Source of the DNA: Thainema sp.
GTDB taxonomy: Bacteria; Cyanobacteriota; Cyanobacteriia; Phormidesmidales; Phormidesmidaceae
Direction of reading: 5' to 3'
NCBI GenBank assembly: GCA_052168235.1
Contig: JBQLZK010000057.1
Span: forward strand, 1 to 50,306
DNA length: 50,306 nt
This document shows, piece after piece, positions 42,814-50,306 of the stretch (positions are counted from its first letter, which is position 1; each line of letters starts with the position of its first letter). The notes beneath the pieces are model-generated. The model ran no database searches. It saw only the letters and a list, made by a program, of their open reading frames with translations, and was not told the DNA's origin. A program made the position numbers and the translations under genes.

Positions 42814-43051
42814 TGCTATATACGCCAATCAGGTTTATGGCTTTAGAATAAATAACAAAATAGCGAATTTGAACAAGAAAGCGAAGCTTAAAAGCAGTTT
42901 TAGAATTTGAATCGAATAAATTTTCCCGTTTTTGCTTTGGCTTCAATAGAGAATCAGTAAAACGATGAGGCGATGCTGACATGATCTGGAAGAAGGTAGG
43001 CATCACCCACCAGTGTTAAGCCTTTGCAACTCGACCACAAGCGATGCAACC

Positions 43052-43495
43052 ATGATTGACGAAACCAGTTGGCAGATTCTTGAAGCTTTACAAGTGGATG
43101 CGCGGCAGTCCTATGCAGAACTGGGGCGGCAGGTTGGTTTGTCGCCACCAGCGGTGGCGGAACGGGTGCGTCGCCTGGAAGAAGCAGGGATTATCACAGG
43201 TTACCGAGCCGTCGTCAATCCTGAAGCACTGGGATACGGCATTGCTGCTCTAATTGAACTGACGACTACGCCACAGCAGTATCCCCTGGTGATTGAGCGG
43301 CTAGAGCGGCTGAACGAAGTCCGCTCCTGTCACCACATCACGGGTAAAGGGTCGTTTCAGATTCACGTAATTGCTCGTTCAATTGCTCATCTTGAGCAGA
43401 TGATTGGAGAGCTGAGCCATTTTGGACAGACGGCAACGTCAATTATTTTTTCGACACCTGTGCGTAAGTCGGTTTTGTCCCGTCCACTCCGTTAG
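43052..43495 (+). CDS. Lrp/AsnC family transcriptional regulator
   Basis: ILEALQVDAR.SYAELGRQVGLSPPAVAERVRRLEEAGII.GY; divergent from lysE. Confidence 0.95.
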   Translation: MIDETSWQILEALQVDARQSYAELGRQVGLSPPAVAERVRRLEEAGIITGYRAVVNPEALGYGIAALIELTTTPQQYPLVIERLERLNEVRSCHHITGKGSFQIHVIARSIAHLEQMIGELSHFGQTATSIIFSTPVRKSVLSRPLR

Positions 43496-43608
43496 GACAT
43501 CGCCGTTTTGGTGGCGCAGCTTCGTCGCGCCACCAAAACGGTGTACCCAATAGGACTATCGCTATATTGCCAAATGTTACGTAAGGGCAAATGGCCATTC
43601 GTCCCTAC
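43493..43608. repeat. Hairpin element plus REP, inverted relative of 3874-4012
   Basis: CCAATAGGACTATCGCTATA end and GTAAGGGCAAATGGCCATTCGTCCCTAC. Confidence 0.7.
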
Positions 43609-43666
43609 CAAATGTATAAAATTACAGCTTTTAGATTTTGTTGGTGATAGTGAAATAACCCTGGGC

Positions 43667-45184
43667 TTAGCGCGGTTGCCCCAGCGTTGTAATGTACAGT
43701 ACGGCTTCATCCGTCGGGATGCCCAACACCTCATTCACCTTGTCGTCAAAAAAACCACCGATACCGCTGACGCCGACGCCGAGCTGAACTGCACCTAGAT
43801 TGAGCCGCTGACCCAGATGTCCAGCATCCAGGTGCAGATAGCGATAGGCGCGGTCGCCATAGCGTGCGATCGCAGTTTCCAGGTGAGCAGTATGAAACAC
43901 CACCGCAGCGGCATCGCGACCCAAATCCTGACCCAGACAGAGAAAATGTAGTTCGCGTCGGAAGTTTTTGAACCGTACCTGGCGCAGTTCTTGAGCTTGA
44001 GGTGCATAGTAATAGCAGCCTTCCTCCAGTCCCTCCACACCAGACACCACAATAAATGTCTCAATCAGGCTCAAATCAAAGTAATCGGGATGAGCATCCA
44101 GTCCCTGCTCTAAATAGTGCTGAGGCTGGTAAGTGAAGTCGATGAGCTGCATGAGCTGATCTAGCGAGAGGTCAAGCCCCGTGTAGCGGCGGGTAGAACG
44201 ACGCTTCAGGATGCTCCACTCCAGGTTGTCTAGCTCAGTGCCCCAGTTAATCGGCTCGGCCTCGACTGGAACTTTCAAATCAAACGGAAAATTGTACTTG
44301 TCTTCCACTGCTTGTTTTAGGTCAACAGGTTCGGATTCCGTCTGCATCTGAGTCGCGCGATGGAAGTAGGGCAGCAGTTCATCGTCGTCTAAACCAGGAT
44401 ATTTGGTATCCACCGCAGCGGGTAGCGCCGTGTGCGATCGCGGCAAATTTTCTTCCACTTTCAGCAAATCCGCCAGCGCCATCACCGTCATCACCCCTTC
44501 CTGCTCAGGGTCAAGGTACAACAGCTCATCCATACTGGCATCGAGAAACCCACCAATCAGGTGAGGCCGATAGTCCGTCAGGGCTGCCGCCAGTTCGATA
44601 TTGCCTAATAAATGCCCCGTGTCGAGACAAATGCGGCGATAGGCCCGAGCATGATACCGCCACGCCGATCGAGCAAAAATTGCCGTTGTCACCAGCACCA
44701 TATGCGTCGATTCCAGTGCTGGATGCCAGAAGCAGGCTGCCTGCAAGCCTGACCAAACGTGATCATCCCAAAATCGGATCAGCGTATGGTGGCGGGGCTG
44801 ATAGTGATACAGTCCCGCTGGCAGCAGTGCCGTACCGCGCGAAATCAAATATAGCTCCGCCGGATACAGCCCACCCGCTGACGGAGCCGAGCGCAGGTAA
44901 AACGAGTCTCCCGATAGCGTTGTGGTTTTGGCCGTAATACCGTAGCTGTTAATCAGAAGCCGAGACAAACGCTGCCAGTCTTTTTGCTGCTCTCCTGCCG
45001 AATCAATGCTGCCCTCTTCCGGTGGCAAATACGGTTTTAGGTCAATCGTGGTGCCAATTTTGTAGTCCTTGAACAGTTCGGGCGGATTTTCCCAATCAGG
45101 CTTGCGCTGCTGGGAAATGGTCTTGGGGTGATACTTCGTTCGCTCGTGATAGTGCTGAGCAATGGAAGGTTGAGAATCTGGCAT
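43667..45184 (-). CDS. SagB/ThcOx family dehydrogenase (tandem nitroreductase domains)
   Basis: YHERTKY, RSAPSAGGLYPAELY, RAYR..LDTGH, RRSTR and YRYLHLDAGH. Confidence 0.9.
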   Translation of the reverse strand: MPDSQPSIAQHYHERTKYHPKTISQQRKPDWENPPELFKDYKIGTTIDLKPYLPPEEGSIDSAGEQQKDWQRLSRLLINSYGITAKTTTLSGDSFYLRSAPSAGGLYPAELYLISRGTALLPAGLYHYQPRHHTLIRFWDDHVWSGLQAACFWHPALESTHMVLVTTAIFARSAWRYHARAYRRICLDTGHLLGNIELAAALTDYRPHLIGGFLDASMDELLYLDPEQEGVMTVMALADLLKVEENLPRSHTALPAAVDTKYPGLDDDELLPYFHRATQMQTESEPVDLKQAVEDKYNFPFDLKVPVEAEPINWGTELDNLEWSILKRRSTRRYTGLDLSLDQLMQLIDFTYQPQHYLEQGLDAHPDYFDLSLIETFIVVSGVEGLEEGCYYYAPQAQELRQVRFKNFRRELHFLCLGQDLGRDAAAVVFHTAHLETAIARYGDRAYRYLHLDAGHLGQRLNLGAVQLGVGVSGIGGFFDDKVNEVLGIPTDEAVLYITTLGQPR

Positions 45185-46114
45185 GGAAGTTCCTCAGCAG
45201 GCAATGGCTTGACAGTTTGGAGTGCCATGTCCTTGACGATTGCTCCAAGGGAGCCCGTCTAAGATGGTTGTACCGAAAATGACCAGTTGGGTTTGTCTTG
45301 ATCTTGACATCTCTTTCAGGCAGCGTGCAGATCTTTGCAAAAAATCCACGAAATCTAGCTCAATGCTGACTTCACAACTCTTTTAGACGGCTCCATTGGC
45401 TCTATTATGGAGATTTTGCCGCCAAATGACGACAGTGAATCCCGTTGCGATCGCATCTTGCCCAACGGTTGGCCGTCCTTCGATCGGTAGGCTAACGGAC
45501 TCAACATCAGCATTTGCCCATTTTGTAAACTTCTGTAAACACAATTTTATAGATTTCATCTATACTGGCAATAATCTATGCTTTGCGTTTAGCCAGCTTC
45601 GTCACTCCGGAGTATTTGCTAGTGTCACCTGCTTAACGAGAGGGTAGTTCTCAATCGGTCATGATTTAGCTGTTGCGTGGGTTTAGCCAACCTGGCAGCG
45701 TTTCTACCCGAATTTCACTACCCATGAGATAACCTTCGGTTTTCAAGGTTCTCAAGCCATTCTCAACTCTATAAGGTGGCGCAGGGAGAATTTCGCCCTT
45801 GGCAAAATAGACTCTTTGGCTAAACCGTCCGATCCTTTGCTTGGAAAAGATGCGATCGCAGTTTCTTTAACGTCCAACGCGCTGGCATCCTTCTATTTGA
45901 GTGTTTTCGATTCATAACCATCTGCAATTGCTCGATTCATCTTTCTAACCCGGAAGTTGCCGTAAAACCAGTTTTACAAACAAGGCTTGCTAAGCAAGCT
46001 TTTCTCGTAAAACTCCCTCAAGTTTTATCGTCAAGTTTCGTACCGACCTCTGAATCGAGGGCATTGCTATACCTACCGATATTTTGCTGTTTATCCAGTT
46101 ATTTTGAGGTTGCT

Positions 46115-47185
46115 ATGGCTCTCTACGCTGAACTACACCGTCACTTGGGCGGTTCGGTTGTTCCTAGAATTTTATGGCGCTATTTCCAGCGTAATCGGGA
46201 TGATCTAGCCAACCGATTCGCTGACTATCCTGATTTTGAAGACTTTTACACCCGGCCACGGGCAACGCTAGATGAGTATCTCGAACTGCATACCCTGGTA
46301 GAGAGTGTTCAAACGCCGGAAACCCTGCCCTACTTCATCTATCGGCTGATTCGCGGTGCCTATGTCTTTGAGAACTTGGCCTATCTCGAACTGCGCTACA
46401 CGCCCTACTACCGCACCGATGAAGCCCTGTCTCAAACCGAGCGGATTGACCAGATGGCCGAGATTATCAACATCGTCGGTCAGGCCAGCCAGCTCGCAGA
46501 GTATCCGATTATCACCAGCCAGATTCTCTGTATGCACTCTCGTTTGCCCTACGAGGTAAACAAAGCAATTGTGGATTTGGCGATCCAGCATCGGGAGTAT
46601 GTCTGCGCCATTGATCTAGCAGGTGGTGATTCTTACTACGCCGAGCGGCTTGATGAGTTTATTGACCTCTATGCCTATGCGCGATCGCAGGGTTTAAACA
46701 CCACAGGTCATCTCTACGAAACGCCAAACGGCGCTTATCCCAAACTATTGCCCTACCTGATGCGAATCGGTCACGGCATCCAGATTCCACTACACTATCC
46801 GGAACTGCTGCCGGAACTAGCAGCCCGTAATCAGTGCTTGGAAGTCTGCCCCACCACCTATCTCAAAACGGGTACGCTGCAAGATTTAAATCAGCTCAAG
46901 CCCGTCTTCGATCGCTGTTTGGATGCCGGAGTAGACATCGCTATCTGTACCGACAACGCCGGATTGCACAATGTCCGCTTGCCATTTGAGTACGAAACGC
47001 TGCTCACCCACGACATCATCGGCTTTGAAGCCCTGAAGGCTTGTCAGGATGCTGCCTTCCGTCACGCCTTTGCGTGGCCCTATCGTCAGCGACCTGCATC
47101 AATTTTGACGGGTATTCTGCAACTCAATGGTGACGGTGGCGATCGGCTCACCGAGCGGGAATTGGCGACGCTAGAAATGGTTTAG
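46115..47185 (+). CDS. add: Adenosine deaminase family protein
   Basis: AELHRHLGG, DLAG, HLYE, RIGHG, EVCPT and TDN. Confidence 0.88.
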   Translation: MALYAELHRHLGGSVVPRILWRYFQRNRDDLANRFADYPDFEDFYTRPRATLDEYLELHTLVESVQTPETLPYFIYRLIRGAYVFENLAYLELRYTPYYRTDEALSQTERIDQMAEIINIVGQASQLAEYPIITSQILCMHSRLPYEVNKAIVDLAIQHREYVCAIDLAGGDSYYAERLDEFIDLYAYARSQGLNTTGHLYETPNGAYPKLLPYLMRIGHGIQIPLHYPELLPELAARNQCLEVCPTTYLKTGTLQDLNQLKPVFDRCLDAGVDIAICTDNAGLHNVRLPFEYETLLTHDIIGFEALKACQDAAFRHAFAWPYRQRPASILTGILQLNGDGGDRLTERELATLEMV

Positions 47186-47206
47186 CAATCGCCGCACCGT
47201 ACCACT

Positions 47207-47306
47207 TTAAACCCCAGAAACGTTATTTATCGTTGCAGCGCAGTGATAAATAACGCTTCTGGGGTTTAAGCAAGATCGGTTTAAGCAAGATCGATTTTAA
47301 GCAAGA
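47207..47306. repeat. Long imperfect palindrome followed by three TTAAGCAAGAT tandem units
   Basis: TTAAACCCCAGAA..TTCTGGGGTTTAA (47207-47269), then TTAAGCAAGAT x3. Confidence 0.7.
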
Positions 47307-47585
47307 TGGAAGTTATGGCACTACGCCCGTAAGTCAGGATACCTACTTTTTGCAAAGCCGCGCGGAACACAGCTTTCCCCAAAACAGAGGTTGATACCGA
47401 CTCTCTAGATTACAGCTACAAATCAATACTCAGTCTCCAGCACTCAGCACTGACCTCATCTATAGCGCTGGTTTGCAGAACTGGTATGACTCAAGCATGT
47501 AGCGCTACAACACTATTTACTAAAACAGATTCCGATTGGTGGCAGGATCTGAGAGAATTCCAACACTGACTCTGTCTAGCTGCCC

Positions 47586-48920
47586 ATGACTGTTTCGCGA
47601 ACCATTTGTCTCGGTTTTCTGGCAATGATTAGCATCGGTACGGTTTTACTGATGCTGCCGTTTGCCACCAGTAGCGGTGAATGGAATAATCTCTTAGTCG
47701 CCCTATTTACGGCCACATCAGCCGTTTGCGTTACTGGACTCATTGTGGTGGATACGGGCACCTATTTTTCACCCTTAGGAGAGTTCATCATCTTGCTGCT
47801 AATCCAGGTGGGTGGGCTGGGCTATATGACGGCGACCACCTTCTTGCTGATCATCCTGGGCCGCAAATTAGGGCTGCGGGATCGGCTCGCGGTGCAGCAG
47901 TCATTTGATATTCCAGAACTGTCGGGAATTGGATTTCTGGTTCGCTCCATTATCGGCATGACGCTGTTGATTGAATTGACGGCCAGCTTTCTTCTGTTGC
48001 TCGTGTTTGTGCCAGATTATGGTTTTGGATACGGTCTCTGGCTGTCTATCTTTCACAGCATCAGTGCCTATAACAATGCTGGATTTAGTCTGTTTGAGGA
48101 CAGTCTGATTCAGTATGCCACTGCACCACTACTGAATTTGATCATCTCGGTGCTGATTATTGCAGGGGGACTGGGCTATGAGGTGCTGATGGATATTTAT
48201 ATGTGGTGCCGCGATCGCATTTTGCGGCGGCAAGAGCGTCCCGTTTTTTCACTGCATTTCAAAGTCGTCACCAGCACAACCATCTTTTTGCTTCTTATTG
48301 GTACCGTTGCCTTTTTCTACACTGAGTACAGCAACCCGAGTACAATTGGCGCTTTTGGCTTTTTTGAGAAGTGGCTGATTGCCTGGTTCCAGTCGGTTGT
48401 CACGCGGACAGCAGGATTTAACAGCATTGATCTGGGCGCAACGACGGTATCGTCGTTGTTCTTAGCAATTGCCCTGATGTTTGTTGGCGCGAGCCCTGGC
48501 AGTACCGGGGGCGGCATCAAAACAACGACCGCGCGCATCTTGTTTAACTGCACCAGCGCCGTTTTGCAGGGTAAAGAAGTCGTGCGCTGCTATCAGCGGC
48601 AGATCCCCACGTCGCGCATATTAAAAGCGGTCGCCGTTCTAATTGGTTCCGTCATCGTTGTGCTAACGGTCGTGACGCTGATTACGCTGACAGATGCCGA
48701 CAAGCCGTTTATCGCCATTCTGTTTGAATGCGTTTCGGCCTTTGCCACAGTTGGCTTATCAACGGGTATCACGGCCAGCCTCTCGACGCTTGGTAAGTTG
48801 CTGATCATCGTGACAATGTACCTGGGTCGGGTTGGTGTTTTACTGTTCGTGGCTGCCATTCTGGGCGATCCCAGCCCCAGCATCGTCCAGTACCCTGAAG
48901 AGGATCTGCTGGTTGGCTGA
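47586..48920 (+). CDS. ktrB: TrkH/KtrB potassium uptake membrane subunit
   Basis: SAVCVTGL, SAYNNAGF, RTAGF, GASPGSTGGGIK and SAFATVGLS. Confidence 0.93.
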   Translation: MTVSRTICLGFLAMISIGTVLLMLPFATSSGEWNNLLVALFTATSAVCVTGLIVVDTGTYFSPLGEFIILLLIQVGGLGYMTATTFLLIILGRKLGLRDRLAVQQSFDIPELSGIGFLVRSIIGMTLLIELTASFLLLLVFVPDYGFGYGLWLSIFHSISAYNNAGFSLFEDSLIQYATAPLLNLIISVLIIAGGLGYEVLMDIYMWCRDRILRRQERPVFSLHFKVVTSTTIFLLLIGTVAFFYTEYSNPSTIGAFGFFEKWLIAWFQSVVTRTAGFNSIDLGATTVSSLFLAIALMFVGASPGSTGGGIKTTTARILFNCTSAVLQGKEVVRCYQRQIPTSRILKAVAVLIGSVIVVLTVVTLITLTDADKPFIAILFECVSAFATVGLSTGITASLSTLGKLLIIVTMYLGRVGVLLFVAAILGDPSPSIVQYPEEDLLVG

Positions 48921-48949
48921 TTGAGACTTGAGGGCAGGACTGCACACCT

Positions 48950-49048
48950 ACATCTTACATCTTGCACTAAAACCCGAAGAGGGTATTTCGCCGCCGCATC
49001 GCGGCAGCGAAATACCCTCTTCGGGTTTTAGTGCAAGATGTAAGATGT
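48950..49048. repeat. 99-bp palindrome with 42-bp perfect arms
   Basis: ACATCTTACATCTTGCACTAAAACCCGAAGAGGGTATTTCGC and its exact reverse complement, between convergent genes. Confidence 0.85.
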
Positions 49049-49055
49049 GAGTACA

Positions 49056-49718
49056 TCACATTTTCTGGAAAATAACCGATAAGTTATTGGCTGGCATTGG
49101 AATGGTTTGCTGGAGCTGCAGCTGATGCGTTGCCGCTGCATCAACTACCGCTGCTAAATCCCGCACGCCCCATTCTGGATTCCGCGATCGCAAACTCTGA
49201 TCAAAGGCCGCATTACTGGGAGCCGTATGCTGTCCGTCTTGTTTGTACGGCCCATAGAGATAGAGCACCCCGTCCGGCGGCAAAATCCGTCCCGCTCCGG
49301 CCATTAGCCCTAGACAGGCCGACCACGGCGAAATGTGGATCATATTGATATTGACGATGGCCGTGATGGGATGCTGCTGCAAATCCAGGTGGGCTAAAGA
49401 TTGGTTTGCGGCAGTCTGTTCAACCGCCCACTGTTCCTCGCGCACATCAATCATCAGCGGTGGATGCAGATTGTCCGAGGGACATGCCTGCTGCCACGCT
49501 TGAATACTGGCTCTGGCTGTCGGGTCTGGATCAGATGGCAACCACTGGCGCGGCTTTAGCGCAGGCGCAAAGTACACGGCATGTTCCCCTGTGCCACTGG
49601 AAATTTCTAAAACCGTGCCGCTAGTCGGTAGAACGTCACGCAGAATCGGCAAAATAAAGTCGCGATTCCGTTCAGTCGCAGGCGCATATTGACGCAGATC
49701 GTCAGCAGGTCGATTCAT
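49056..49718 (-). CDS. DUF938 family SAM-dependent methyltransferase
   Basis: APATERN, LEISSGTGEH, NMIHISPW, LYGPY, SN..FD.SL and MPANN. Confidence 0.92.
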   Translation of the reverse strand: MNRPADDLRQYAPATERNRDFILPILRDVLPTSGTVLEISSGTGEHAVYFAPALKPRQWLPSDPDPTARASIQAWQQACPSDNLHPPLMIDVREEQWAVEQTAANQSLAHLDLQQHPITAIVNINMIHISPWSACLGLMAGAGRILPPDGVLYLYGPYKQDGQHTAPSNAAFDQSLRSRNPEWGVRDLAAVVDAAATHQLQLQQTIPMPANNLSVIFQKM

Positions 49719-49960
49719 AAGTTGGGGCAATCCGTTATGGCAGTGCTCAAAATAGTGACGGACGACAGGGTGCGATCGCAAGTCTAATCTTAATTTCTAC
49801 CCTACGAATGACCCATCGACGGGAAATTCACGGCTCTAGGATGACGTAATTATTAATCTCGTCACCTAGTATTTGATTAGAAACGCCGTTAAACGATTTA
49901 ACTACATCTAGATAAAAAAGCAAAAATTCGCCGCTCGCTTGAATAGGAGGAATAAACAAT

Positions 49961-50287
49961 ATGGTTGACCGGAACGTTTATCAAGCACAGGTCAAAGCCG
50001 AATTAGACAAGCTCAACGCTCAAATTGAAGAGATGCAGGCTAAATCTAAGCAGGCCGAAGCCGATGCTCGCATTCAATACAATAGTGCGATCGCAGAATT
50101 ACAAACCAAACAATCTGCATTAGAAAGTAAGTTTCACGAATTGCAGTCTGCTAGCGAAGAAGCCTGGACAGATATCAAAGCTGGTGTGGATCTCGCGTGG
50201 AATGAATTGCAGGTCGCATTTAGTCGCGCCATCAAGCGGTTTGAAGCTCAAAGCTATAGCGGTTCTCATTCGAATGAGGTACAGTAG
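49961..50287 (+). CDS. Small coiled-coil (Sll1863-like) stress protein
   Basis: R..YQ....A.L....A.I..MQAK...A.ADA....EAW.DIK.G...AW pattern; AGGAGG RBS. Confidence 0.75.
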   Translation: MVDRNVYQAQVKAELDKLNAQIEEMQAKSKQAEADARIQYNSAIAELQTKQSALESKFHELQSASEEAWTDIKAGVDLAWNELQVAFSRAIKRFEAQSYSGSHSNEVQ

Positions 50288-50306
50288 CAGTCGTTTATGA
50301 ACCAGT

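Noticed and set aside
43667..45184. SagB/ThcOx gene as part of a RiPP cluster
   Set aside because: No YcaO, precursor peptide or protease nearby; stand-alone copies are common in cyanobacteria.
45695..45970. Purine riboswitch upstream of add (GTTTCTACC at ~45700, CCGTAAA at ~45960)
   Set aside because: The motifs are ~250 nt apart, and the P1/P2/P3 stems and the ATATGG loop are missing.

Overview
This is cyanobacterial chromosomal DNA: the HIP1 octamer GCGATCGC recurs throughout, and nblA, bioU, tocopherol cyclase, IsaR1 and a knotless phytochrome are present. Most genes are housekeeping or accessory metabolic genes: ahcY, rsfS-yqeK, bioU, selD-selU, apgM, agcS, upp, two GH13 alpha-glucosidases, lysE/lrp, add and ktrB. 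The window also holds tRNA-Arg(CCT), tRNA-Glu(TTC) and an intact ISKra4-family IS with a 13-bp target duplication. Four things the ORF track does not show: (1) two distantly related ~70-aa hypothetical genes (16817-17038 and 21294-21494), each preceded by an array of RTCAC motifs phased every 22-23 bp, a candidate undescribed regulatory module; (2) a collapsed iron-uptake cluster at 65-2440, where a TonB-dependent receptor remnant is fused to a siderophore-binding-protein remnant exactly at a HIP1 site; (3) an IsaR1 sRNA whose Fur-boxed promoter implies a ~110-nt 5' extension; (4) a family of ~100-bp TAGC...GCTA-ended hairpin elements at gene 3' ends. All assignments come from motif recognition by eye; no searches were run.
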